Shown: positions 1 through 8,976, counted from the stretch's first letter. The stretch: DNA of 32,000 bases from Pyrolobus fumarii 1A (GCF_000223395.1 NC_015931.1:1050001-1082000), one strand, 5' to 3'. The notes: generated from the sequence alone by a model not told the origin. Numbers and translations: made by a program.

Positions 1-726
1 GACATCGTTGCTGTGAGGAGGGGCGGCGAGTGGATAATACACCCTAGCGATGACGTCATGCTCGAGCCGGGTGATGTTGTCGTTGTGCGCGGCTCGCCAG
101 AGAACGTTGCGAGGGTTACGGGGATGAGGTTTGAGGTTTCGAGCGGTGGCGGCGAGGTTGAGGAAGAGACATTGCGTCTCAAGAAACTCGCGGATATACT
201 CCTCGACCTAGGGTTCTACAGTATACTCTATGGCGATGAGATAGTCGCACTGCACGTCCAAGAGATCGAGCATAGGCTTGACGAGGAGATCATCTACTAC
301 TACGAGATGGTCTCTGGGCTGGGGCTGAGCCCCCAGCAGGAGTACGCGTTGCACAAGTTCGCGGAGGTTGTCGAGAACGTGTCGGACGTCGCGGCGGCCA
401 TGGCGTCTATGGTGAGGACGCATCGCCCGATACACCGTGTGATAGCGGCGGCCGAGGATATGAGCCAGGAGAGGATACTCGCGCTGGTATACCAGGGGCC
501 CGGCGGCGTTAGGCTCGGGGACACCGGGCTGCAACGCGAGGAGGTGATCGTGGTCGCGGTTAGGAGGGGTGAACGCTGGGTACCTACACCACCGCCAACC
601 GTGATACTAGAACCGGGGGACCGCGTCATCATCAAAACCTACGTGGAGGACCTGGATGAGCTACTGGAGAGCGTAGAGTCCATGGGCTTCCGTGTCCTAC
701 GTGAGAAGCTGGAGATCGAGGAGTAG
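1..726 (+). CDS. PhoU-like / TrkA-C (RCK_C) domain protein, 5' end cut by the window edge
   Basis: Frame 1 is open from nt 1. DIVAVRRGGEWIIHPSDDVMLEPGDVVVVRG is a TrkA-C-type signature. A helical PhoU-like middle follows, then a second TrkA-C repeat (VVAVRRGERWVPTPPPTVILEPGDRVII). Stop at 724-726. Confidence 0.75.
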   Translation, partial: DIVAVRRGGEWIIHPSDDVMLEPGDVVVVRGSPENVARVTGMRFEVSSGGGEVEEETLRLKKLADILLDLGFYSILYGDEIVALHVQEIEHRLDEEIIYYYEMVSGLGLSPQQEYALHKFAEVVENVSDVAAAMASMVRTHRPIHRVIAAAEDMSQERILALVYQGPGGVRLGDTGLQREEVIVVAVRRGERWVPTPPPTVILEPGDRVIIKTYVEDLDELLESVESMGFRVLREKLEIEE

Positions 727-2789
727 AAGGCTAGCAGCGTGACCGGGTAGGCGACTAGCATCGCGGTGTATGCCCACAGCCTGCCCGGTACACCGTAATC
801 CACCACGACTACGCCAGGCCTAGACACGTGGAGCAGTAGAAGACCCTCAACGCTAGACGTGACCACGTCGACGGGGCCCTTCACGTTCTCGACGAGCACG
901 CGCGCCGCTAGAACCAGGTACCACCCTGGCCTCGCAGCCTCAAAGACTAGCTTGTCCCCCTCGAGCCGCGACGGTATAGGCTCGTATAGCGGCTCCTCTA
1001 GCCTCTCCACGGCCTCTGCCAGCGCCCTCCCCGCCTCAGGGAGCACCGGGTTCATCCTGGTCATGGACGCGGCTAGCGGCGAGACCATCTCCTCTCCACG
1101 AGGGAGCACGCGGAGAGCTTCACGCAAGTCTATCGAGCCCTGGGGGCAAGGGGACGAGACGCATATCGTCACGTTGCAGCCCGGATGGTCGCATATTGTC
1201 AACGTGGCTGTGGGGAGCTGATGCGACACCAGGACTATACGAGCATCGCCATAGAGCCGGACTAGGCGTGCAACATCCAGGGGGCTAGCCCCATGCACAT
1301 CGAGTACAAGGGGGTACACGCGGTAGACGAGGCTACTATCGCCTACCCTATAGATGCAGTGTCTCGCCAGCGTAACCTCGAATGGCGGTAGGAGCAGCCT
1401 CCTGGCTTCCATGCACAGTTCCGCCGGGTAACCGGCGAGACTAGGCGTGTCGATGAGACCGGCTCCAGCTATGAGAGCCACGTTGCGGGCCGTGCGCGGG
1501 TCCTCAACCAGGCTCCGGATCCACTCGTAGTAGACCGTGATGTTGGTGAAGAGCGGGTCTCCCTGATGAAAGCCCCCCGTTGCGCTCGTGTAGGTGTAGG
1601 CGTGGGGCCAAGCGACGGGTGTGGAGTAGTCGAAGGATATGTCGAGCGTGGCGATTACCCTCTCGCCCCGTAGCGCCGCATAATCCGGGATAGGCTCGTA
1701 GAGGAGGAGAGACTGGTGGAGCAGAACGAGCAGCGCCACGAGTACACCTAGCCTCGCACCACGTGGTATCCTTGTCTCGAGGCTCCACGCTCTACCAGCG
1801 TATCTCAACACAGTGGCGTTTACAAAGACAAACCTCCATGCAATCAACCTGGCCATTTCGGGCGCGGCGGCGCCAACGAGCACGAGCGTGTTGATGAGGC
1901 CCGCTGCGAGGCCTATCAGCTCGTATAGTATGGATAGTGTGTCTAGCTGGCTCCTTGACCTCCTGGTGAGCAGGAAGACCGCGTAAACAACCGCCACGGG
2001 TCCAAGCTCGACGAGAGGAGGGCTCCTCGAGCCCAGCGCGATAACGCCGTGCACCAATGGTATCAGTGGCGGTGCTAGTAGCAGTAGGCCGAGCGGGTGC
2101 AGCCTATACCCGCAGGCGTAGAGCCAGACGATAGCCAATAGGGCGTTGAGAACGCCATAGGGGTGTGCGAGTATGGCCAGAGAAAGGAGCAGCCATGGCC
2201 TAACAAGCCTCCCCTCCATGGCGTCAGCCACGGCGTGTAGCGTTAACGCGGTTGACAGGATGAACGGGTAGGCTCCCATCAGCCTAGTGTAGAGAACCGG
2301 GGGTAGCATGAGGACGAGGATGGCGGTAATCAAGCCTGGCAGTCCTCTCAACTTGCCCAGCCTATACACGGCGTACGCTAGAAGCGCGTCAACGATGACT
2401 ACACCGGTCTTGTATGCTAGTGTGGCGGCATACGCGGCTCCGGTTAGCCCAGACGCGGCCAGGTAGATGGGCGCAACCAGCGCATAGAAGAGCACGCCAT
2501 AGTAGAGCATGTAGGCCTCGCCAAAGTAGAAGCGGGGATCGACATCCCCCCACAGTATGCACCACGGGAAGCACATTATCCTAGCCAAGTGGGCCCTGCC
2601 ATCATTGCCGGTCTGTGGAACGAGAGGCGCAACAAGCAACACCGGGTTGTAGAGTAGAACCGTGAGCAGTAGCAAAGCGAGAAACACGCGCATCCTCTTC
2701 ACTCTTGCACCCCGCGGTGCTCCGGTACCCAGGAGAGCGAATAGCATAGCTACTGGTCCTGTAGCGTCTCCCAGCGAGACGCGTATCAC
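639..2789 (-). CDS. Large polytopic membrane protein (about 12 TM segments plus a ~330-aa C-terminal soluble domain); possibly a GT-C-fold glycosyltransferase
   Basis: 716-aa ORF. The N-terminal half is a run of hydrophobic helices, with an acidic first loop (WGDVDPRFYF). An alternative ATG start at 2693 (MRVFLALLLL) looks more natural. No WWDYG motif, so it is not AglB. The 3' end overlaps the convergent gene by 88 nt. Confidence 0.65.
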   Translation of the reverse strand: MIRVSLGDATGPVAMLFALLGTGAPRGARVKRMRVFLALLLLTVLLYNPVLLVAPLVPQTGNDGRAHLARIMCFPWCILWGDVDPRFYFGEAYMLYYGVLFYALVAPIYLAASGLTGAAYAATLAYKTGVVIVDALLAYAVYRLGKLRGLPGLITAILVLMLPPVLYTRLMGAYPFILSTALTLHAVADAMEGRLVRPWLLLSLAILAHPYGVLNALLAIVWLYACGYRLHPLGLLLLAPPLIPLVHGVIALGSRSPPLVELGPVAVVYAVFLLTRRSRSQLDTLSILYELIGLAAGLINTLVLVGAAAPEMARLIAWRFVFVNATVLRYAGRAWSLETRIPRGARLGVLVALLVLLHQSLLLYEPIPDYAALRGERVIATLDISFDYSTPVAWPHAYTYTSATGGFHQGDPLFTNITVYYEWIRSLVEDPRTARNVALIAGAGLIDTPSLAGYPAELCMEARRLLLPPFEVTLARHCIYRVGDSSLVYRVYPLVLDVHGASPLDVARLVRLYGDARIVLVSHQLPTATLTICDHPGCNVTICVSSPCPQGSIDLREALRVLPRGEEMVSPLAASMTRMNPVLPEAGRALAEAVERLEEPLYEPIPSRLEGDKLVFEAARPGWYLVLAARVLVENVKGPVDVVTSSVEGLLLLHVSRPGVVVVDYGVPGRLWAYTAMLVAYPVTLLAFYSSISSFSRRTRKPMDSTLSSSSSRSST

Positions 2790-2894
2790 CGGGTAAACAC
2801 GGGGTTACGAGACCGGCCGGTTGAGGAGGGCCGTGAAACCGAGGCTACGGCACCCAAGCCAATGATGAGGTGTTTCAAGGCCGACGGCGCCCGC

Positions 2895-3782
2895 CTAGGG
2901 GCACGGCGGCACTATATCCGCTATGAGCTTGTTGAACGTCTCGCCCAGCTTCTCGGGCAAGCGTGTCACGAGATCCATGTCAGTGATTATACCCGCTAGT
3001 CTACCATCCTCCACGACGAGTATGCCACCAATGCCAGCCAATGCCATGAAGTCCAGAGCCTCTTGCAGACTCATACTCGCGTCTATGTGGACGGGGTGCA
3101 TGCGCGCCACGCGGCTTATCGGTGTGGCAAGTACCTCTTCGTCCTTGCCAGCCTCTAGTAGCTTCACCGTCTCGCCCCGCACGAGGAACCTTATGAGGTC
3201 TCTAGCCGTTACGATAGCGACTGGGCGTCTCTCCTCGTCAACGAGCGGTAGGTGGCGGAAACCACCCTCAGCCATGAGCCTTATGGCGTCTCTGACCGTA
3301 GTCCCCTCGAGCGGCGCATAGACGATGTCTCGCGTCATGATATCTTTGACGTTCAACCCCATCCCGATGAAACTATTGTTCTTGATCAGGTTGGCGAGAT
3401 GCTCCTCGTTGACAAGCCCGAGTATCCTATCATCCCTCGAGACGACCGGCAGAGCGCCAATACCCTTAGCTCTCATTACCCGGAACACATCATGAACCGT
3501 AAACTCTCCATAGATTAGCGTCTCTACGGGTCTAACCGCAACACTAGATACATCGGTCTGGACCAGAGCGTCCATTATGCTTCTACCCTCGGAGACTATA
3601 CGGTTGATGAAGCGTATCACGTCACGCACCGTTAGTATCGCCTTGACCCTTCTTTTCGAGTCGACGACTGGCAATTGGCGCAAGAACCGGTTAGACAAGA
3701 GGCGCAATGCGTTGTAGAAAATGGACTTATCATCTACGAACGCCGGCGGGGGGTAAACACCAACTATATGGCAGCGTGGCAT
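2895..3782 (-). CDS. CBS-domain protein (four CBS repeats, two Bateman modules)
   Basis: Repeated CBS signatures (LPVVD..., GALPVVSRDDRILGLV, HLPLVDEERRPVAIVTARDLIRF, GILVVEDGRLAGIITDMDLV). I prefer the ATG at 3782 over the TTG at 3809, because a TATA-like box sits about 37 nt upstream of the ATG. Confidence 0.85.
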   Translation of the reverse strand: MPRCHIVGVYPPPAFVDDKSIFYNALRLLSNRFLRQLPVVDSKRRVKAILTVRDVIRFINRIVSEGRSIMDALVQTDVSSVAVRPVETLIYGEFTVHDVFRVMRAKGIGALPVVSRDDRILGLVNEEHLANLIKNNSFIGMGLNVKDIMTRDIVYAPLEGTTVRDAIRLMAEGGFRHLPLVDEERRPVAIVTARDLIRFLVRGETVKLLEAGKDEEVLATPISRVARMHPVHIDASMSLQEALDFMALAGIGGILVVEDGRLAGIITDMDLVTRLPEKLGETFNKLIADIVPPCP

Positions 3783-3814
3783 TCGTATTCCCTGAGACTG
3801 AAACAACAATCGAG

Positions 3815-3823
3815 TTAATAAAA
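3815..3823 (-). promoter_or_regulatory. TATA-like box (TTTTATTAA on the minus strand) for the CBS gene
   Basis: The only A/T-rich element in the 51-nt spacer. Its centre lies about 37 nt upstream of the ATG at 3782, consistent with a short leader. Confidence 0.4.
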
Positions 3824-3833
3824 CATGGTAACG

Positions 3834-4832
3834 TCATGTTCTAGTGCAAGGGCCGGCGCCATAAGCAACTCTAAGCTTCTCGACTAGAGCTTGTGGCAAC
3901 CTCGGTTGCTCGACGGCCTCGACAGCCTCCCTAAGCTTCTCCCTAGTTCTGGCCGCGACTACGATGCTGTGCACTGGTATCGTTGAGAGTATGAAGCGTA
4001 TGGCTATCTGTGCGGGTGTACTCTGCTCGAGGACCTCTGCGAACTCGGCCTGCAGCACGTTCTTCATGAACTGGTATGTGGCGAAGGCCCAGCGGTACCA
4101 GCCCCGCTTCCTCTTGCCGCCTGCGTACCACTCCTCCCACTCCCTAGCCTCGCCCTCCTCGAACGACGAGAGACTCTCGTCAAGAATGCCACCTGCGAAC
4201 GGGAGCATTACAACTATGCCTTTGCCTGCCGCCTCAGCCTCATAGGCTATGGTCCTGCCAGGCTCCTGCTCAAGCATGCTATAGGCGAACTCGACAACCT
4301 CCGTCTGTCTTCTCTTCATAGCCTCCCTCGCGGAGGCGAGAAGCTCCGGGTCACTGGGGTCGAGGGAAACGCCGAGGTGCTTAGCCAGGTTCTCTTCGCG
4401 GAGAGTATCCATGGCCTCGTATATCGCTGGCTCGCGTAGAACCTCTAGAGGCGGGTTGTGCATATAGATCAGGTCGATGGGGCATTTGCCTATCCTTTCG
4501 CAGCTCCTCTCGGCGGCCGTCACAAGATACTCGGGGTCGAAGCGCTTCCGTGGCCTCTCCGGCGACCCGTAGAAGTCGTAACCAATCTTTGTGGCGATGA
4601 TAACCTCCTCCCTCTCATCCCCAAGAGCCTCGCCGAGAATACGCTCAGCCTCACCACGGTCGTACACATCCGCGGTCTCAAAGAAGTTGATACCAAGCCT
4701 CCTAGCCTCCCTGATGAGGCCCACCAGGTCGCGCTTAGAGAGGCCCTGGTAGGGGCCACTATGCAACCCATACACGCCATAGGCTATCAACGATACTCTT
4801 AGCCCGGTGTCGCCCAGGGTAGTATATCTCAA
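3834..4832 (-). CDS. Aldo/keto reductase family oxidoreductase
   Basis: The N-terminus MRYTTLGDTGLRVSLIAYG is typical of AKRs. Catalytic tetrad context is present (ADVYDRGEAE, IATKIG, IYMHNPP). The TTG start is forced, because an in-frame TAG lies 9 codons upstream with no other start codon. An SD-like GGGAGGGTG lies upstream. Confidence 0.9.
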   Translation of the reverse strand: MRYTTLGDTGLRVSLIAYGVYGLHSGPYQGLSKRDLVGLIREARRLGINFFETADVYDRGEAERILGEALGDEREEVIIATKIGYDFYGSPERPRKRFDPEYLVTAAERSCERIGKCPIDLIYMHNPPLEVLREPAIYEAMDTLREENLAKHLGVSLDPSDPELLASAREAMKRRQTEVVEFAYSMLEQEPGRTIAYEAEAAGKGIVVMLPFAGGILDESLSSFEEGEAREWEEWYAGGKRKRGWYRWAFATYQFMKNVLQAEFAEVLEQSTPAQIAIRFILSTIPVHSIVVAARTREKLREAVEAVEQPRLPQALVEKLRVAYGAGPCTRT

Positions 4833-4867
4833 TGCGACACCCTCCCAGGGTATACCCTAGCGCCTCC

Positions 4868-4875
4868 TAATTAAA
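4868..4875 (-). promoter_or_regulatory. TATA-like box (TAATTAAA) in the divergent AKR / PP-loop intergenic region
   Basis: A/T-rich octamer about 40 nt upstream of the AKR TTG start. Its position would give a ~14-nt leader carrying the SD-like GGGAGGGTG. Confidence 0.35.
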
Positions 4876-5005
4876 CTATGGTAGGGTATGCCCCTCTAGG
4901 CAGCATACAGTGATGCCCGGCGTCGTGTATGGCTGTGGTATGGCAGGGCGGTTGGGCTGGTGAGCGATAACCGCGGGGGTGATGCGCATCCCCTAGCATG
5001 GGGAG

Positions 5006-6130
5006 GTGGTTGTGAGCGAGGCGCTACCGGTCTTCGAGGCTGGGAGACTCACGGGATTCGTCGCGTCTAGCGCTGACTTCACAGTGTACGGGAGGGTTGG
5101 CTCGGGTAGACGCCTCTACCTGTGGAGTGGTGGTGCTGCTGGTCCCGTCGAGTGGAGGGTATACGAGGTTGAGGGGTTCCGCGTCGAGCCTAGCGTGTGG
5201 GCGGTCTACGCGCCACTCGAGGCGTGGAGGAGGCTTGGGAGCCTAGAGGGGCTCGTATCGTGGCTTGCGCGGGAGGCTGGCCATCGACTCCAGGGCAAGA
5301 AGCTCCTACTCTCGTTTAGCGGCGGGAAGGACTCGACAGCCGCGTTGATAGTCTTGGACGCCCTCTACGAGAAGATAGACTTCAAGTTGGAGGTTGTCCA
5401 CGTCCACATGCCATACCTTGAACCAGAGTACCACGTGGACGAGGCTCTTCGGCTCGCATCGAGACTCGGGTACAACGTAGAGGTTATCGAGCCGCCCAGG
5501 AGGGTGCTAGCCAGGAGGCTGCTCGAGGAGGGACTCCCCTGGAGAAGAGCCAGGTGGTGCACCTACTACAAGACCAGACCGCTAGAGGAGCACTTCGAGA
5601 GGATACAAGCCGACTACATGGTGGTTGGCGATCGTATCGGCGAGAGCCTTATGCGCTCCAAACGCCTCCGCGCCGATACGCTCTTCGAGCGTAACCGCTT
5701 CGAGCCCATAAAGCACCTAACGCTTATCGACGTAGTGTTGCTCGTTAGGAGCCTCGGACTCACACACCGCGACTACCAGGCGGGGCTGACGAGGGTATCC
5801 TGCCGCTACTGCCCCTACAAGAGCCTCGCCGAGATGCTCATAGACGAGAGGCTGGGTGGCGACGAGGACCCCGGCCTCATCGAGGAGGTTTTGAGAAGAG
5901 AGTGGAGGCGCTGGTACCACGACATACCGCTCGAGGAGTTCCTCTCAGAGCACTACTGGAGGTACACACCGAGAGTAGCCAGGGCGTTCCACCGGCTGAA
6001 GCGGCTCCTCAAACCGGAGCCCGAGCTAGACGCGAGGAGAGCTGCGGAACTCCACTCAAGCGTCTGGACCACGCCCATAGAGGCTCTAGAGTCGCTACCG
6101 CTCCTGGAGCCCCCCGAGTGGAGGCTCTAA
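5006..6130 (+). CDS. PAPS-reductase-family PP-loop protein with an uncharacterised ~95-aa N-terminal domain
   Basis: PP-loop motif SFSGGKDSTA, RWCTYYKTRPLE (PAPS-reductase-type Cys-Lys segment) and a C-terminal CRYCP pair. GTG start at 5006 (alternative 5012). Confidence 0.8.
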   Translation: MVVSEALPVFEAGRLTGFVASSADFTVYGRVGSGRRLYLWSGGAAGPVEWRVYEVEGFRVEPSVWAVYAPLEAWRRLGSLEGLVSWLAREAGHRLQGKKLLLSFSGGKDSTAALIVLDALYEKIDFKLEVVHVHMPYLEPEYHVDEALRLASRLGYNVEVIEPPRRVLARRLLEEGLPWRRARWCTYYKTRPLEEHFERIQADYMVVGDRIGESLMRSKRLRADTLFERNRFEPIKHLTLIDVVLLVRSLGLTHRDYQAGLTRVSCRYCPYKSLAEMLIDERLGGDEDPGLIEEVLRREWRRWYHDIPLEEFLSEHYWRYTPRVARAFHRLKRLLKPEPELDARRAAELHSSVWTTPIEALESLPLLEPPEWRL

Positions 6131-6365
6131 GCGGGTCGGACCCGCCGAGGAGCTCCTCACCAGCTCGGCGAAAGGGCGTCCCTCCTCACACCCGATTAAA
6201 CCATACACAAACCACCCGGTTTTGAAGGCGCGCCGCGCTCGAGGACATACATGAAGATAGAGCGGTATCACTCCGCCTCGTGCCGGTGTTCGTGGCGCGC
6301 AGCGCCTGCCAGGTATAAGGCTCTTTCCCGGGGTTACTACCGGTAGAAGTTACGGGTGGTTAGAG

Positions 6366-7328
6366 GTGACTGGCAGCGGTTACAACGGCGCAGAGAGGGT
6401 GTTGGAGAGGCTGATAGGCGTCCTGGAGAGGCTGGGGTACGGGTACCACGTGCTAGAGTACCCGGAGAACCGCAGGCGACGCAGCATAGACGTCCTCGTG
6501 GCTGGTGGCGGTAGACGCGTCCTCATAAAGGTGGTTGAGGACGTCGCGAGCGTGCGCCGCGAGGACGTCAAGGAGCTTAGGAGTGTTGGTGGCGTGTTAG
6601 GAGCATCTCCGCTGCTAGTAGGTGACCACGAAAAGGGCGAGAAGCTCGAGGACATAGTAGCCTACGAGAGGATGGGCATCTACGCGCTGAGCCCAGAGGG
6701 GTTCGAGAGGGCAGCTTCCACCGGCATCTTCGTCGTGAAGAAACGCGGCAGGTTCTACATGAGGCTCGATGCTGGCAAGTTCAAGGAGGAGAGGGAGGCC
6801 CGCGGCCTCAGTCTCGGTACAGCGGCGGATCTCCTCGGGGTCACGAGGAGAGCGGTATACGAGTACGAGAGGAGCAACATCGACGTTGACCTAGAGAGGG
6901 CGCTCAGGATACTCGACGTGTTTGGCGAGGAGGTGTTCAGGCCGATAGAGGTGTTCCGCGTCGAGGAGCCGAGGAGTGAACTCAGGAATCTGGACGAGGA
7001 GGGTGAGAGGGCGATAGCAGAGAGGATAATGGAAGCAGGCGGTATAGTAGTGCACGCGAAGAGGACTGTCGTTGACCTCGCGGCTAGGCTCGGAGAGAGG
7101 ACATCAATCATAGTCTACGAGCACCGGCGCGAGAGGACGGACGGGGTGATTAGGCGTGGCGAGGAGGCGGCAAGGATAGCCGAAGCTACAAGTAGCGAAG
7201 TGATAGCGATTGTCGAGAGAAGCGAGACAGCCAGAGACCTAGAAGCACTAGGCCTTCACGTCATCCGGGGCTCCGAGGCACCCGACGAGATAACAATCAG
7301 GCTGCGCGAATACCACGAGGGCCTCTAA
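6366..7328 (+). CDS. Archaeal putative HTH-type transcriptional regulatory protein (central cro/C1-XRE HTH)
   Basis: 320 aa. A central XRE HTH (RGLSLGTAADLLGVTRRAVYEYERSNIDVDLERALRI) is flanked by N- and C-terminal domains, the architecture of the conserved archaeal COG1395 / MF_00584 family. GTG start preceded by GGTGG. Confidence 0.8.
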   Translation: MTGSGYNGAERVLERLIGVLERLGYGYHVLEYPENRRRRSIDVLVAGGGRRVLIKVVEDVASVRREDVKELRSVGGVLGASPLLVGDHEKGEKLEDIVAYERMGIYALSPEGFERAASTGIFVVKKRGRFYMRLDAGKFKEEREARGLSLGTAADLLGVTRRAVYEYERSNIDVDLERALRILDVFGEEVFRPIEVFRVEEPRSELRNLDEEGERAIAERIMEAGGIVVHAKRTVVDLAARLGERTSIIVYEHRRERTDGVIRRGEEAARIAEATSSEVIAIVERSETARDLEALGLHVIRGSEAPDEITIRLREYHEGL

Positions 7329-7498
7329 GCCTATGGGAAGTGTCTCCACGGCTTCAACTGAAAATCTTGTATATGCTCAACCCTGGGCATCCCAGATACC
7401 TGTGGTATTCCTCGCACGCTTCCGTACCCAAGACCAGCCTAGCTCATTATCGCCCCGGCCTGGGAACCCGACGCTCGGCCGACTGAGGCGGCCCGACA

Positions 7499-8005
7499 AT
7501 GATACTCGATGAGGAAGTATTTGCGGTGATACTGGCTGTTGCTGTAGTCGCATCGGTCTTTGCGGCAGTACACGTGCTCGACCTTAGGCCTAGCGAGCCG
7601 TTCACAGCGATAGGCTTGCTCGACGCAAACTGCAAGATAGGCGAGTATCCAAGAGAGGCGCTCATAGGCTCCAATGTCACCCTATGTATCTTCGTGGATA
7701 ATCACATGGGACGACCCATATACTACAAGGTCGTGTATCGCATCGCTGCCCCAGAGACACTCCCGACGAATACCACCCCCTCTCCCGAGCCCAAGCTTCT
7801 AGAGTGGCGTGGCGTGCTCGGCAACAAGCAGAACACCACGTTCATAGTGCACGTCCCGGTCGCCCACCCGAAAGCCAGCGCGAATACTAGCAGAGTAGCC
7901 CTCGTGTTTGAACTCTGGATTTACGATACGGAGAGAAACCAGTGGATATACACGGGTAGATGGGTACACCTCTACATCAAGCCTGTTGCCGTGCGAACAG
8001 GGTGA
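7499..8005 (+). CDS. Membrane-anchored protein resembling the C-terminal (extracellular) half of DUF1616 proteins
   Basis: N-terminal TM helix (VFAVILAVAVVASVFAAVHVL), then EPFTAIGLLDANCKIGEYP...VTLCIFVDNHMGRPIYYKVVY. This matches, from memory, the FTEFYxL...NYP...VNHE...Y segment of PF07760. Several N-x-T sequons are present. Confidence 0.6.
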   Translation: MILDEEVFAVILAVAVVASVFAAVHVLDLRPSEPFTAIGLLDANCKIGEYPREALIGSNVTLCIFVDNHMGRPIYYKVVYRIAAPETLPTNTTPSPEPKLLEWRGVLGNKQNTTFIVHVPVAHPKASANTSRVALVFELWIYDTERNQWIYTGRWVHLYIKPVAVRTG

Positions 8006-8612
8006 GGCTCCACTGAAGACCCTAGAGGAGATCGTACGAGAGAGACTAGCGAGGCACAAGAGCCTCTACGAGACCTTATACAGTGTATACCGTGACGTCC
8101 GGGAAGGCAAGCTCAAGCTCGTTGACCCGGAGCCCCCAACAACCCTCGCCCAGTACCTAAGGCGACTCGACTACAGCCTATGGTTCTGGACCACAGCGGC
8201 GCTCATAGCTGCCGCGATAACCTCAATATGGGCGAGTAGTGTTGCTCCACAACTCCTACCACTCCGCTACATACTCGGCACGCTATACGTACTCTTCATA
8301 CCCGGCTACGTGCTAGTCGAGGCCCTCTACCCGGAAGAGAAGAGCCTAGCACCCCTAGAGCGCCTAGCCCTCTCAATAGGCCTATCCCTGGCAATCATAC
8401 CACTCATAGGCCTACTCCTGAACTACACACCATGGGGCATACGCCTAGAGCCAATAGTCACGAGCACAGCAGTGTACAACACAGTGCTCCTCCTGATAGC
8501 CGCCTACCGCAAGCTAACCATCGTGAGGATGGAAGCCGAGGCGTTAGGGATAGCGGATCGTGACGGTAGACGAAGAAAACCGGGAGATGATGCACTTGCG
8601 GCTCCGGTATGA
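7908..8612 (+). CDS. Membrane protein resembling the N-terminal half of DUF1616 proteins
   Basis: YVLFIPGYVLVEALYPEEKSLAPLERLALSIGLSLAIIPLIGLLLNYTPWGIRLEP matches the PGY...ER.ALS.GLS...PL.GL.LN.TP.GIRL core of DUF1616. Start is uncertain: the ATG at 7908 overlaps the upstream ORF by 98 nt, while the in-frame TTG at 7986 overlaps by 20 nt. Confidence 0.65.
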   Translation: MNSGFTIRRETSGYTRVDGYTSTSSLLPCEQGEAPLKTLEEIVRERLARHKSLYETLYSVYRDVREGKLKLVDPEPPTTLAQYLRRLDYSLWFWTTAALIAAAITSIWASSVAPQLLPLRYILGTLYVLFIPGYVLVEALYPEEKSLAPLERLALSIGLSLAIIPLIGLLLNYTPWGIRLEPIVTSTAVYNTVLLLIAAYRKLTIVRMEAEALGIADRDGRRRKPGDDALAAPV

Positions 8613-8631
8613 GCCTTAGGCTCTACTCTCG

Positions 8632-8976
8632 TCAGCTGCCTTTCCCGGTGCTCCCGCTCTCCTGCTGGCCACCGCTCTGTTGCTCTTTGGCGGCCTCCTG
8701 CTGCTTCAACTCCTGCTCGAGCTTCTTAAGCTCCTCCTCAATCTCCTTCTCGATCTCCTCAATAGGCTTTGGTGGCGGGGTAGTCGCAAGAGTGTAGCCT
8801 ATCCAAGCCAGAATACCGCCTATCACTGCTATGGCGGCAAAGGCGGTTATCTTCAACAGCAGCAGGCTAATCTCCCTGCCAGCGAAGAACAGGAGATAGC
8901 CATACATGGCTATGAATGCCAGCGAGCCTAGCAGTAGAACGGCTCCAATAGCCTGGTCTCTTCGCACATGCAACAC
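8632..8976 (-). CDS. Small membrane protein (2 TM) with a PPPKP linker and an acidic coiled-coil tail
   Basis: Two clear hydrophobic helices, then TTPPPKPIEEIEKEIEEELKKLEQELKQQEAAKEQQ. The plus-strand ORFs over the same DNA are low-complexity Leu/Ser runs. Confidence 0.6.
   Translation of the reverse strand: MLHVRRDQAIGAVLLLGSLAFIAMYGYLLFFAGREISLLLLKITAFAAIAVIGGILAWIGYTLATTPPPKPIEEIEKEIEEELKKLEQELKQQEAAKEQQSGGQQESGSTGKGS

Noticed and set aside
208-635. Long antisense or alternative-frame ORFs inside clearly coding genes. Other examples are 859-1221, 10811-11212, 17709-18191, 26446-27000, 28536-28787 and 30586-30927.
   Set aside because: Their translations are Ser/Arg/Ala/Pro-rich low-complexity strings with no motifs. 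Each lies opposite a gene with strong family signatures. This is the expected artefact of GC-rich DNA.
2863-2869. C-box-like ATGATGA in the spacer upstream of the CBS gene stop. A similar GTGATGA occurs at 24678-24684.
   Set aside because: No CUGA D box within 40-70 nt downstream, and no terminal pairing.
5902-6225. A 107-aa ORF running from the end of the PP-loop gene into the 235-nt spacer. The possibility of an ncRNA in 6131-6365 was also considered.
   Set aside because: The ORF is an out-of-frame artefact. The spacer has only short GC hairpins (for example GCGGG-TCGGA-CCCGC just after the stop) and no motif I can assign to a known RNA family. This remains unverifiable without Rfam or RNA-seq.
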